From Lophium mytilinum (Eukaryota), in NCBI GenBank assembly GCA_010093605.1, contig MU004182.1, positions 2,031,195-2,095,194 on the forward strand: DNA of 64,000 nt, read 5' to 3'. Shown in pieces: positions 1 through 15,220 of the stretch; position 1 is the first letter of the stretch, and each line of letters opens with the position of its first letter. Below the pieces are notes generated by a model that ran no database searches, was not told the DNA's origin, and was given only the letters and a program-made list of their open reading frames with translations. The translations under genes and the position numbers were made by a program.

Positions 1-378
1 CGCCTGGGCAACTACCTTGACTCTGGAGTTCTTGTGACCCCGCATCTTTTGCAAAGTCATCGTCGCCGTGGCTGTGGGGTATGCGACAGCCTCGCCGTAT
101 CATTGAATGTATGGTCGATCTTGAAGGGCTAGCCCTAGACTGCCCCTTGGCATCACAGACGACGTTTACCGTGCTGCTGAAAGTTGCCGCTTGCCCTGTC
201 ACCCTTCATCTACAACTCTCATCTTGTCCAACATCCTTGACCCTTGACTTCCGCCGGTGCCAGATTCAAGCCCTTTTCTGTTTCTCAGCCGTACGTGACA
301 CGCGCGCGCTTGTGGCCTCCGGCGCATGATCTTACTGTGCCTTGAACTGCGGGGCCAACAACGCCGGAACTCGACATC

Positions 379-3211
379 ATGGCCCTTCCAACTCATGAGA
401 TCAGTCATGAGTCCTTGGCTAAGCTGGATGCGTTGCCCGAAAGAGCGCTTCTGGCGTGCGAGTCTTGTCGGAGGTTTGAGTCTACACTATAATATACTGT
501 GACGGGAGTTTCCGCTAACGTGCCAGTGACAGGAGAAAGGCGAAATGGTTGGAAGACTTTCGCATGATGTTTCGTTCTCTTGCTGACGTCTCTCGATATA
601 GCGACCGAACTCTTCCCAGCTGCCTGTTGTGTGGTAAATCGTCTCAGCCCTGCGTGTATCCACCCAAGAAGTTGAAACCGGGGCCCAAAGTTGGTCAGAT
701 TACTCTCCCTTCCTGCCATATCGACGCGTCTAATAGCGTACAGGCATGTCCCAGAGAGGCCGCAAACGGGCTCGTTTTAATGGTTCACGGGGTAAGGAAG
801 ATGAAAGACATGCAACCAATACCTAGAGCGTTCTGACCGCCTAGTATCGCACACAGACACCCATGAAAATCAAGCCAGAAGAGTCGAGAGCCCAAACTCA
901 CGTCGTAATGATGCGCCTAGTTCTCCATCCAGGAGCCCAAACGAAACCAGTGCTCAATGCGATAGTCCACTGCCGCCTTCCCCCCAGGCTACAGAAGAAG
1001 ACACACCCAATGCGTCTGATTCTTCGGACACTGCCGCAATTAATTTCGTTCGTGCGATCAGTCTCTCCTCTATCATTCATCCGACCCACGAAAGTTGCTT
1101 GACCCCTCCACCTAGCATTTCAGATGGATCACCGTCGTCCGGATTCTTCATTAACCTCGCCGGAACGCAAGATCTGATCATGCAAGCCTGCCAAGCTCTA
1201 AATTTATCAGTCCGTACTCTTCAATCACTGTAAGTGCTTCTAGATTTGCGGACTAGCAAACACCTAAATAGTTGATAGGATCGATGCATATTTTGAGAAC
1301 ATGACATCATTTTCACTTTTCCATCAGCCCTCATTTGGAACCAAGATCCAGGACATCAAGAACTTGTTGCACCTCAAGGCATTATTCGCGTCCATGTTCT
1401 CCTTCTCAGCTCGATTTGCGGCAGACTGCTATCAAAGCACATACGCGCAAGAATGCCAGGAAAACTTGTCGCACGAGCGGTTCCATGCCATTGCCCTTCA
1501 ATGCATTAGGGAAGCCCGGGATGATTGTGCTGATGAAATTCCTCCACTCTGCCTCCTGCAGGCAATGGCTCTGAGCACCTTCTACCAGCTGACAAACGGA
1601 GTTCGAGGAAGAGCTTGGCGTTCATTGGGCTCTTGCGTGCGTGTTGCTTACGAACTGCGGCTCCACTTGATTGACTATGAAGGTCGGGTGCCCTCCTTCA
1701 AGGCGGGCGTTGATCTTGCACGATGGTCCGCCAATGAAGAAAGACGACGCTGCTGGTGGGCCATCTGGGAAATGGATGTGTTCGCCAGCACTATCAGAAG
1801 ATGTCCCACCGCCATTGATTGGAGCATCAATGATACATATTTGCCTATTACCGATGAGCACTGGTACAACAGCCGGTACCACACCAGCTGCTTTCTGGAG
1901 AAGAAACCAATGGACCGCTGGAAACGACTACAGAAATGTGACAATGAGAGCGCATCTGCCTGGCTCATTGTGCTCAACTCCATCATGAGAGATGCACAAG
2001 TTTTATCTCGGGGAAACATGCAAGGGATTCTTCCAGATTCAGACCCAAACAACAACGTCGCCCAACTGACCCACTACTTCCGCAACAACTTTCGAAAGAA
2101 GCGGTCGGAAGAAGACTCAACCAAGCTCACGCTGCTCATTCACGCCCTTCGGTGCACCACATCCGTTCTTCCCGACTCCCTCGCCTACAACGGCGAAAGC
2201 CTTAGCTTTTCCGCAAGTCCATTCGCTCCCCCAACCGAGCAATCCGATCACGACACCAAGGTTCTTCACAGCGCTAAGTACGGCATCTACCTGATGACCC
2301 AACTTGCGCGTTTCATGATCTACCACCATTATGCCTTTGGCGAAATCTCATCAGGTGCGATATTCGCCGACAAACCAAGCAGCCCCGCGTTTGGCTGGAC
2401 AGCAGCAGAACAGCAACATCCGACCAATTGCGAAGGCCTCCGGAACTGTCTCGAGGCCGCCGACAACATCTCCGCTGTCACGCACCGCTGTGCTGACAAT
2501 CATGTGAGATTTGTCAACCCGTTCCTAGCAAGTACAGTGTGGCTAGCGACCTCGCTGCAGATATTGAAGAAAGTGGTTGCGCCGGAGAAACATACTGAGC
2601 TAAATGCGTCTAAGAGTGAAGTTCTGAAGCTGAGTTGTCTTCAGTACGTCCAGTTCTGGGGAACGCCGTTGGCGTTGCTTGAGAATCTAGATACGCTAGA
2701 GGAGAGGCTGATTATGAGGAAGAACGTATCTAGTCATAGGGAGAAGAGCCAAGAGGAAAAGAAAGGGCAAGCATTCAGGCCGGTGTCGAAGCGGATGTCT
2801 GACTCCCAGCGCGCGGAACCACGGAGAACGAGTGTAGACTGGAGGACGAAGGCTTCACATCAAGGGTCCACGGGGGGTCTTGATATCGACGGAATGCCAT
2901 TATTGCAAACACCGCATAGCGCCGATTCAGAATTCAACATGGAATCTCTCGACTTGATCGGTAGACCATCTGACACTAGAAGGGCACCGTCGCATACTCC
3001 TATTGACCAGAGACATGATCACGTGGCGCCCAATGGTGTTATGAGCCATGATTTGGGTCCGCACGACCACCAAAACATTGATCACATGGGCTATCTAGAT
3101 CCCGACCAGTTCATGGCTCTCGACTTACAGATGGGCGCCTCTCATGACCTTGGGGACCGGTTTGCTTGGTTCTTAGCATCGGATATGATGGCTGATTCAT
3201 TGACGCGATAA
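379..3211 (+). CDS. Zn(II)2Cys6 transcription factor with fungal-specific TF middle domain (multi-exon)
   Basis: ATG 379; spliced exons give ACESCRRRKAKCDRTLPSCLLCGKSSQPCVYP (C6 cluster); large exon has EERRRCWWAIWEMD typical of Fungal_trans; stop at 3211. Confidence 0.9.
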
Positions 3212-3321
3212 CGAATCCGGCCGCCAGCATGGTGCATCTGCAAAGTCAAAGCGTTCAATGCTTTATGGATATAGGAACTCTATGATTTGAAGATAGAAAG
3301 AGGGGATATATGCAAGTCTAT

Positions 3322-5375
<2,054 letters not shown>

Positions 5376-6506
5376 GGCGGAAAATACTTCGTGTTTCAGG
5401 TATTCTACTTCGAAAAGGAAAGCGAAAGAGAGAAATTGAAGTTGGTTGACTTAATAACCTTAAGAGTTAGTCGCACAGGGGGTTCTGCAAAAGGGCCGAA
5501 AAGGTCGAATACAGAAAGATAGCACCACAGACACTGCTCCCCCGATATCTCACGCGTCACGGCCAGACACAAACAACTCCTGTGGCACCATCAGTGACCT
5601 TCAATCTCGAGTCAAGCAGCCCGGAAAGCAGTATCCTTGGTTGGGCTCGCGCCACCATCGCGAACTAGCGGAGCTCCCCCCTCTCGAGCTACCTAGGGAT
5701 GCTGTGGAGGCGTCTTTTTCCAACAATAGTCCATCCGAGGAGCTACCCCGCCAAAGCTGCGGAAACTCTCCGCCGCTATAACACGCAGCATCGTGCTATA
5801 TCGGGAAAAAGCCAACTCGACGACCTCTGCCTTGTGAGCACCCCTTCAGCCGCAGCATTAGCACAACTACCTTGGTGTATGTAACGCAAACGCCACCCGC
5901 GGTCTATCAGTACAGTGGCGAGTATCAAACATTACCGAACCAACCGCCCATGCAAGCGGCCCCCCCCCCCCACGTGCGCCCCGGCTTCTACCCCAGATTT
6001 CCTCCAATTCACCCGAAGTTTCGCGAACCCCCCGCGCTCGAATTCCTCCGCTCGCTTCGGCACATCTTCCGTGCATGACAGATCGCCAAGCGCGGACTGC
6101 CGGCATGCCCATCACCATTCACGTGGTGCCGTTTTCCGGGGCGTCTAGGCGTATCCCCTTACAACCCCGACCACTCGGGTCCCGAGCATGTGGTGCGACG
6201 TACTTCCTCGTAAGCGGGCGGCGGGGGGGAAGTCGAGGCTGACCTCTGCTCTTCAATCAACCTCAAACCCAAAGCTGTTTGCCCTTTTTATATCTCCTAA
6301 GCAGAAACATTGCTGTCGTCAGCAATTAACCCACCTAGTGGCAACCACATCGCGTATTTAACTCCGGATTCTTGTTATAACTTAGTTTGCTATTTCGATT
6401 ACCTAGGAAGCGCTTGTTTGCTTCCGAGCGAAGAGGGCTTGTTTGTTTATTCTATAAGAGGCGTTTGTTCCCTACGCGAATCGTAACCCGGTTTTTCGAG
6501 GAAATT

Positions 6507-7774
6507 ATGGCAGCCGACGCCCCCCCAGCTGCTGCACCGGCGGCGAAGATCAAGATCCTCCGCCTCGCGCACGTCTACTACAAGCACAAGAATATCGCGG
6601 CGGCGGAGCAGTTCCTCAAGGACTTTGGCTTCCTGGAAACGGAGCGCGTGGGCAAGAAGATCTTCTACCGCGGGTACGGGACGGATCCGTTTGTGTACTG
6701 CGCGGAGGAGGGCGAGGAGGATGAGTTTGGTGGTACGGGGTGTGTGGTTGAGTCGCTGGCGGACCTCGAGCTGGCGACCAAGATTATTGAGACGGCGAGC
6801 CCGATCTATGACTTGAAGACGCCGGGGGGAGGGAAGTGCGTTACGATTAAAGATCCGGTGGATGGGTGGCCGATGCATTTGGTGTACGGGCAGACGCCTG
6901 TGGAGCCGAGCGCGGAGTATGGCTATCTGGACTTCAACTTTGTAGGTTCTCGCCCAGCTTGAGATGGTGGTTTGGGAGAGGAAGCTGCTGACTTGGATGC
7001 AGCCAGATGTGAAGCCGCGCAAGAACAAGTTCCAACGATTCGAGAAAGGTGAGCTTCACGCGTCCCAGATCATTCCACCTTTCACCCTACTAACTCCCAC
7101 CACCCCCAGGTCCCGCAATCGTGCACAAAATCGGCCACTTCGGAATGTGCGTCACCAACTTCGCGAAAACGTACGAGTTCTACACCACAAAGTTCAACTT
7201 TGTAGCAAGCGATGTGCGTTCCATTCCCCATCCCTCCAACCACCTGAGTCCCGATCTAACACCATCGCTAGCTCCAACACGAAGGCGACGGCGTGAACGT
7301 CCTCGCTTTCATGCACCTCGACCTCGGCGAGGACTTCACAGACCACCACTCCTTCTTCATTTTCCAGGGCCCCAAGAGCCACGTGCACCACTCGTCGTAC
7401 GAGGTCCATGACTTCGACACCGAGGTGCTGGGGCATGACTGGCTGCGAAACAAAGGGTATAAGAACTGTTGGGGGGTTGGGAGGCATATTCTGGGGAGTC
7501 AGATATTCGATTATTGGTATGTTTTGACTGCGTAAGAATAGTGGAGATGGACACGCGAGCGCTGACGGTTTGGCAGGTTCGATACGTCTGGGTTCATTCT
7601 GGAGCACTATGTCGATGGCGATCAGGTTAATTGCCATCATGAGACGAAGGTTTCGCAGGCTGGGCCGGATGGGCTGCATGTTTGGGGTGAGTGATGATTA
7701 TGGTGTTTGTGTGAGGGGATGGATGCTAATGAGATGACATAGGCCCTGATCTCCCTTCCGGGTTTTTGAAGTAG
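6507..7774 (+). CDS. Two-domain VOC/glyoxalase-fold extradiol dioxygenase (trihydroxytoluene oxygenase-like)
   Basis: RLAHVYYKH, DFG, DPVDGWPMHLVYG; C-terminal half HKIGHFG, HVHHSSYEV, WGVGRHILGSQIFDYW, LEHY (His/His/Glu metal ligands); several short introns; TAG 7772-7774. Confidence 0.88.
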
Positions 7775-8035
7775 ATGTCGCTAAGTTGCTTGTTCTGAAG
7801 GGGTGGGTTTCATAGAGAGAATGGTGTCCGTTGGTAGGTACATAGACTGTATGCAAGACCTGTCAAACACATGTTATCAGTAGTCCACGTGATCTCAATC
7901 TTTACTTTCTGAGAACGTGCGAACTCTTCACTCACATATTCACACACTTCAGAGACACTAGACACAAGAACCCTCAATCTCTACTGTGCGTGCAACTTTC
8001 AATTCTATACTATATAATCTACTCCATCCACACAC

Positions 8036-9049
8036 TCACTCATAATACACCTCATTCACGAGCGTTCCAATCCCCTCAATCCACACCCGCATATCATCCT
8101 GCTTCTTCAGCCACAGCTTCGGCGTCCGCATCGCCCCAATCCCCGGCGGCGTGCCTAGCATGATCACCGTGCCGCGCTCCAGCGTCGTGCCCTGCGACAG
8201 GAACGCGATCGTGTGCGCGATGGAGAAGATCGCCTGCTTGGTGTTGGAGTCCTGCACTACGTCGCCGTTGAGGATGGCCTTAATGCCTAGATTGCCCGGG
8301 TCGATTTCCGAGGGCGCGACGAGCACGGGGCCGATGGGGGCGGAGAGGTCGAGGCCTGGGGGGTGTTAGCGGGGGGTGTTTGGTGGGGGCGGGAAAAGGG
8401 GGGGGAAGGGGAGGGGGAGGGGGAGGGGGGGCGCTTAGACTCAGAAACCAACGTACCTTTCGAGAAACTCCACTGGCTATTGCGGAACTGCTCTGTGCGC
8501 GCGCTGACGTCGTTGCCGGCTGTGTAGCCCAGGACGTAGTCAAGAGCCTTGTCCTCAGGGATGTCGCGGCCGTCTTTCGAGATGACGAGGGTGAGCTCAG
8601 CTTCGTAGTCGGTCGTCTCGTCCTGCACGAACTTGGGGATCGAGATCTTCTGCGGGAAGGGGCCGCTGAGCGCGGTCCGCGGCTTGATGAAGAGCACGGG
8701 GTGGGTTGGAATGGGCATGCCGGCTTCCTTTGCGTGGTCGTGGTAGTTCAGGCCGAGGCAGCGGATGAGGGGGACTTCGGACTTCTCGATTGGGGAGAGG
8801 AGCTGGGGATGGTGTTAGTTGAATCTCGTCAATTGAGTGGTTCGGAAAACGTACCTGGGAAACTGTCAAGACTTTGTCGGTGACGACGCCATCGAAGATT
8901 GAGCCCGTGACCAATTTGGCTTTGACTTCTTTCTTTTCGACGGTTGCGAGACCTATGTCTGTGGTCTTCGCGGTATCGACCTGGCCGAGATGGACGAGGC
9001 CATCTTCCACGGCGATGAAACGGATCAGGTGGGTCCAATTGGGGCTCAT
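8036..9049 (-). CDS. Fumarylacetoacetate hydrolase family protein
   Basis: WTHLIRF, CLGLNYHDHA, PVLFIKP, DYEAEL, GYTAGNDVSAR, GTVIMLGTPPG; two introns. Confidence 0.93.
8358..8431 (+). repeat. G-run tract within FAH intron (G-quadruplex-capable on template strand)
   Basis: Many consecutive G3-G9 runs with short spacers. Confidence 0.7.
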
Positions 9050-10301
9050 TTTCCTGAAGGTCGAGAGGTATCTCATGGAATGGACAAAGTGAAGAGTAGG
9101 GCGAGGTTTGAATCTTCAAAGGTTTTTGGGAATTCGGGAGATGTAGGTATGAGCTAGCTAGGTCTACCACGTGCGTAGTGCGGCAGTGGAAGGATGGATA
9201 GTAGAAGGACGGACTAATTATGAGCAAGAGTGGATTCTAGGAAACGGCAAAGGTCGGTAAAGCTGGCAATTCTAAGCTTTAGTAATGGGGAACGTGATAA
9301 GTCTTACACCATAGAGCTGAAAGCTAGGTTCTAGCTTCAATTGGGAGTGTATAAAGTTTGAAGCTGGTCCAAGTCGTTGCATGTCGTGCTGTTTGGCGGG
9401 GTCGTTATGGCGGAGCTACTCGGGGATGAGATATCCCGTCGGGCCCTGATCAACCAGACTCCCGATGCGGGGACATCATCCAGGCACTCAATAGACCCTG
9501 TTACCACCACCGAAGCAAGTCAGCAAGCTCGTACAGTTTGATCGGGTTTGTATCGCTTTTTTGGATTCCTAACTGTTCATGATTCCTTGCCCCACCAACA
9601 AGGATCTGCAGCATCCTCAGCATATATTCCCCCGCGTTGCCCCTCCATATCCTACGCCTTCAAGAGTTACAATTTTTGGAAGGAATCTAGAGTCTTCAGA
9701 ATTTCTAGACTGAAACTCGTCAGCGTAGATTAATGCACTAGACACAGACATATTTGTATAGTCTTTGTGAGACGCGCACCTGATCTCACTGCACGCATCA
9801 AAACGACCTCATAGGTTTGGAATCACCAATGGCTAAGGGCGAACGATATCCCGCACTCAAAGTAGACCAGAAAGGGAGTACAAATAGTTGAGCAGAAATA
9901 AGGTTGACCTTGAGGGTATCGGCTTCTGGCTAGGAGGTAGCACCATATAAGAGAATACGAATCGGACGCCGAATACCCTAACTGCCATCCGTGCAGCCAT
10001 CTACAGATTGATTTGCTGCAACTTTAGCTCCCAATAGCTGGGTTATTGAATAATGAGACACCGAACCTACCCCATCGAGATCAGTACAAGTCCATCATAC
10101 CCAACACAGCTTCATCATTGTCTGTAGCACAAAGTTACGGTTGTTTTCAGGATCCGTCCATTTCAGGCGAGCATGACGACCGTCGTTTGGTATATTTTCT
10201 TGTAAGGGGCTGATAGAAAGCTCGCCGTGCCTTCGATGCGGATAGAGAAGTCGTCATTCTCACCACCCCTGGCCCTCCGTGCAGCATTGAGCGTTCCTAC
10301 T

Positions 10302-12472
10302 CTACAAATCTGCCAATTTTTTGGTAACGTCGTTGACATCAGTGTAAACCGGTGCCGTCACCTCCCAAGGCTTGTATCGTGGGCGAGCCAGGGAGTCATT
10401 GGTAGGCAGAGTTTGACGCGACTGAGTGATGTTGATGTTGGTATGTTGATTGACGGTGACTTGTTGACCGACGTTCTGTTCGTCGCCAACCTTCTGTTGA
10501 TGGCCAACCTTCTGTTGATGGCCAACATTGGGCTGGCGGCCGCGACCGCGACCAGGAGCAGCGAAGTTCCTGCTGTCACGACCCCCACCGCTACGGCCAG
10601 CGATCAAATCCTCGGAAGGGACTGGTCCTTTGGGCTGGCGGATGGGCTGCTCTCTAGTAGGAATCCTGCTGGACGCATTACTGCCGTTACCCAGAAATAC
10701 CGTGTGCTGCAATGACGAAGAATTCTCAGAGCTGTCAGATATCCATTTGCTCAAAGCCATGCCCGCGGATTGACTCGGTCTAGGGCGCTTCAGTATTCTA
10801 GGCTGGTGGAAACGAGGCGATGGCGAAGGCGAATGTACCTTGTCAAGATCCACGTGGTTTGCTACCCACCGGATACGTGACTGCTGGGAGCCTTGTGGGG
10901 TAGGTGTGTCAATCGAATGCCTAGACTTGCCGTCCGCCTGGTCATCAGTCTCTGCGTCCGACAATGATCGAGGGCAGTTGGTTGGCTGGGGTGCCTCGGA
11001 GGGAGTCTTCTGCAGTTGTTGAGTTGGCGAGCGCGACACGATCGGATCGAGTTGATTGGAGTCATGGGAATGTTTGGGAACACCTTGGTCCGGTGTCGTT
11101 GGATCCGTGAATCGAGGTTTGGTAACTTGAAAAACAGGGGTCGCAACGCTTGACGGAGTCGGATTAGGATTGTCCAAGTTGGTCCTGGAGACATGTCTTG
11201 GCCAAATCCTATCGACCTCCCGGCTTAGTGGGGACCGTCCACGTGGTGGGCTTGAAACAGGGCTGTCCACACTGGCTCCGGTGACTTCCGAGTTCGAAAT
11301 GCCGACCTCTTCGCTCACTGGTGACGATAGAGGGAATTCGGGGCGCGGTGAGTAGGTTGGGCAGGACGGATAATATCCTAATGGAGGACTAGGAGAATAG
11401 ATAATGCTTACGCCATCTGAAAGATCCGCTTCGGAATTAGGGGGAGCGGGAACATCGACCTCGGCCAGCATCTGCTTTTTACCCAGAGCTAAATTTATCG
11501 GAGTGGCATCAGGAGCAACCTCTTTGCGAACTGGTGGCGTTGAACCTGACCAAGTAGGAACTCTCTCTGCAATTGGAGAGAGTGTCCCTGGGTACGGGAC
11601 CAGTGTTGGAAGCTCGCGTCCCCTGGAATCATACAGAGGAATCTTGACGTTTGGAGTAAGAGGTTCCTGGGAAGCCTCTTGTAGAGAATTCTTCCTACGC
11701 TTCTTCTCGTCTGAACGCTCTGTTGCGAATCTATGAGGGAGATTCTTGCCTAAAAGGTCCGCCGACGGGCCATTGTCCAGACTGAAGTCGACAAGGAGAG
11801 CTCGAAGCTGCGATCCTGGCAGAGTGTGCTGGTAGACGTACTGGACAAGCTCGACGTCGAAGAAGTCTACCTTATTCTGTTTGAACAGACCGGTCTTTTT
11901 GATCATAGCAGTCCGAAGAGCTAGTTCGAAGGACGTATCGTAAAGGCGATCAGCCAGCATGTAGGCTTTTGCCAACGTCATCCAGCTCTGTTGGAAAGCA
12001 AGCTGCTCTTCGCTGAAGAAGCTGTTCAGCGCCGCATTCAGGTAAAATTCGAAGGCCTCGGAATCGAACTCAGGGAGGTGGATCACTAGGCTAGCTGGAG
12101 AGTCAGTTAGACAGATGTGGACCGTCTTAGAGCGCTCGCGTAGCCGCTGTGCGGGGATTGAGTAGAGTTCTTCCTTGGGGCCGACAAAGAACAGAACCTC
12201 TTTGGTTGATACAATGCTACTGAATGGCTTATTAGTCCTGATGCTCGACCTTAAGCTAAACGAGTGAATGTATCATACCTGCAATCATGGTCTTCGGTAA
12301 CAACACCGGTGTCCAGCTCGGGTCTCACAACAGTGGCCTCAACAGCCTCGTCGTGGTGGACGATCGCCCATCCGGTGGAGGAGGTGACTGACGCAAGATC
12401 CCATTCTGAATCAAGAGAGACTGTGTCAAACCCAACCTCCGTATCAGTCTGCGACTGTTCCAAAGACCCCAT
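10302..12472 (-). CDS. BTB/POZ-like domain protein with long Ser/Pro-rich disordered C-terminus
   Basis: After the intron at ~12220-12278: VLFFVGPKEELYSIP..IHLPEFDSEAFEFYLN..LAKAYMLADRL..VYQHTLPGSQLRALLVD, typical of fungal BTB proteins; start codon uncertain. Confidence 0.7.
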
Positions 12473-13001
12473 GCTAGAGACCACGAATACTGTGGGCGTA
12501 GTGGGCACAAGGATCGAGGACCTAATAGAATATAGGAGTGGCTAAGAATGTTAGTGTTAGTGGTGTTGTGAGGAGCAGTGTGGTGGGCGCTTGTGCTGTT
12601 GTGTGTGATTGCAGAGCAGGAAAATTAAGGGGCGATTAAATAGGCGTTGCCGTGCGAGCGACAGTCTGAGTCGACTACGCAATTGGTGAATATAGTAAAT
12701 CCCAGAACCTGCCATAAGTAGCGACTCGGTTCAGCCCGAATTCAGCCACCTCTATCCGCCGCTCCGCCGCCAACAGTTCATCGTTATCGGAAATCGATAG
12801 CGTCTGCAATATCATAGCAGGCATAGAAGCAAGATGGAGCACTTTCGTTAGCAATGTGTAGAGGAGCTTGTTTGTAGCGAACGACGAAGATGCCCTGGCG
12901 TCTCCGACCAAGGGTTTCTCAGTATCGTTGTATTTAAGATGATTCCCCAGCTATTTCCTAGTATTTACGGAGAGTTTGGTATCCATCGATGAAGGCTTTC
13001 C

Positions 13002-13476
13002 TCATTTCGTTTCGTGTTTTGGTGTAACCGCAAACGTGGGCCGGACGAATCTGCAGGAACTTGCATTAGCAATTATACGATCACAATGCCGATTGGTATC
13101 AGAACATACCGGTCGTTGTGGTACACCTTGGTCTCGCTGCCCAACAGTTCCTTCTCTCGCGCCTTGTCTGCTAGGTACCGCCGTACCTGATCCCGATCTT
13201 CTTCCGCCTGTAGCACTGGAATGAGGTGTATGCGCGCCCACATCTTCTCCCTGGCGAGTTCACTGCAGAACAAACACAATTAGCATATTCATGTGCCAAT
13301 TGACTGGGCCACACGTACTTTGACTCTCTGATGCCTTTGCCGACCTTGTAGAACCCGTAGGTCATGAGCATCCCGGTTGCGAGGAGGTAGACGGACGGTC
13401 GGAAGCCGCGGGCTGGCAAGTTGCGTTTATATTGGACTGGCTCGTAGCCGCCCACGGGCGGCATATCCTGCGGCAT
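13002..13476 (-). CDS. NDUFA13: NADH:ubiquinone oxidoreductase subunit A13 (GRIM-19)
   Basis: MPQDMPPVGGYEPVQYKRNLPARGFRP..REKMWARIHLIPVLQAEEDRD; two introns. Confidence 0.96.
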
Positions 13477-13651
13477 GATTGCGGTTGTTGTGGGGTTTGC
13501 ACCGGTGTCTTTGGCCCTGTCGTGAGAGAGCTTGAGGTCGGTGGTGATGGTGTCGCGGCGTATTCTATTGATAATACCGCTGATTCAGCGGTCCGTTTTC
13601 TTTCTTCTAGCCCACTCGATCACGCAAATTTCACTCACCACCATCAACAAC
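13477..13651. promoter_or_regulatory. Compact bidirectional promoter NDUFA13/TRM10
   Basis: Divergent ATGs only 175 bp apart. Confidence 0.7.
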
Positions 13652-14839
13652 ATGGAAGCAGAGGAGCGAGAATCAGATGAGCGCCCGACGAAGATGAGGA
13701 AGCTAGGTCATGCCGCAGACTCTACCGTACCTCTAGAAATAGTAGATGATGAGTCCACATCACTGCCACAAGACGCACCTCCACCACACCTGCAGGAGCA
13801 TCCCGAACCAGCTGAAGAGACTTTGGAATTGCAAGCTGGAGTGCCCGTTGATCCTGGCGAACCCTCTGAAATTGTTTCGTTATCAAAAAATCAGCAGAAA
13901 AAATTGAAGCGTCAGCAGGTATGGGAGGCAGGCTCAGAAGCCCGGAAGGTCAGGCGCAAAGAAAAGTCCAAGGCCGCTAAAGAAAGAAGACGGGAGAAAG
14001 TACAGCAGGCAATACTTGCTGGTGAGGACATCTCTCGGAAACCAAAGGATAAGGCAGTCCAGCTTCCGATCACATTCATCATCGACTGCGGCTTTGATAG
14101 CTTAATGGAAGACCCCGAACTGAAGTCGTTAGCCAGTCAAATCACGAGATGCTACTCCGACAACAGGAATGCGCAGTTGAGAGCTCACCTCGCTGTGTCT
14201 TCCTTCGGTGGGAAGCTTAAAGAGCGATTTGACGGTGTTTTGGCAAAAAATCACGAATCTTGGAAAGGAATCCAGTTCTTCCCAGAAGATTTTGTCGAAG
14301 TCTCCGAAAAGGCAAAGGAGTGGATGCGAGGAGAAAGAGGCGGCGAGCTTGTTGGGCATCTCAAAAGGGGAGACGACTCGGATGGTCTAGAAGCAGGTGG
14401 TGAGAGTGGAGCAGGTGCTGAGGCTGGAGAAGTCATTTATCTCTCAAGTGAGAGCGACGTCACGCTCGAGCATCTGAACCCGCATAGCACATATATCATC
14501 GGAGGTCTCGTCGACAAGAACCGTTACAAAGGAATATGCTACAGGCGCGCAATGGACCGTGGGATCAAGACTGCGAAATTGCCAATCGGCGACTTCTTGC
14601 AGATGAATAGCCGGGCTGTCCTAGCTACAAACCACGTTGTGGAAATCATGCTGAGGTGGTTGGAGCTGGGTGATTGGGGAGAAGCTTTCATGGAGGTCAT
14701 TCCGAAGCGAAAGGGTGGCACCTTAAGGGAGTCAGGGGGCAGTGAGGGACCTGGCGAAGAAGACCAAGGCTCGAGAGACCAATCTCCTGCAAATGGTGAC
14801 GACAATAGCCGTGTTGATAGAAACAACGCCGATGCATAA
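13652..14839 (+). CDS. TRM10: tRNA (guanine(9)-N1)-methyltransferase
   Basis: FIIDCGFDSLM, SQITRCYSDNR, YIIGGLVDKNR, LPIGDFLQM..VLATNHV, VIPKRK. Confidence 0.95.
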   Translation: MEAEERESDERPTKMRKLGHAADSTVPLEIVDDESTSLPQDAPPPHLQEHPEPAEETLELQAGVPVDPGEPSEIVSLSKNQQKKLKRQQVWEAGSEARKVRRKEKSKAAKERRREKVQQAILAGEDISRKPKDKAVQLPITFIIDCGFDSLMEDPELKSLASQITRCYSDNRNAQLRAHLAVSSFGGKLKERFDGVLAKNHESWKGIQFFPEDFVEVSEKAKEWMRGERGGELVGHLKRGDDSDGLEAGGESGAGAEAGEVIYLSSESDVTLEHLNPHSTYIIGGLVDKNRYKGICYRRAMDRGIKTAKLPIGDFLQMNSRAVLATNHVVEIMLRWLELGDWGEAFMEVIPKRKGGTLRESGGSEGPGEEDQGSRDQSPANGDDNSRVDRNNADA

Positions 14840-15220
14840 TTGTCTATGGTGGAGGGTGATGGCTCAGGATCGGGAGCCTATTCTACGAAAGACCAACGAT
14901 ACCTGAACCTCGATAGCGATGATCCATCAAAAAGTACAGCTATGAAACAAATTGTAACCACTCATGAATAATCCTGCCCTACATGATATATGTCTATAAT
15001 TAGTAATGATTAGACATGCTTGGCGGGAGCCACAAATCTGGGGAAGTGCCAGGGCAAGCGGTGTAGCTAAACGTAGCGGATCATTCCATCAAGTTTCTGA
15101 AGTCACATATACTGCGTCCAGCACAACCTCATTCGCCAAACAACTCTTCCTACCACTTTCCGTGCTCAAACAACACGATATCCCTTACCTCAAGACACTG
15201 ACATACCATCGATACCGTTA

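Noticed and set aside
12086..12220. Apparent truncation of the BTB ORF start
   Set aside because: Frame is open up to a canonical intron; the ORF track merely lacked a start codon
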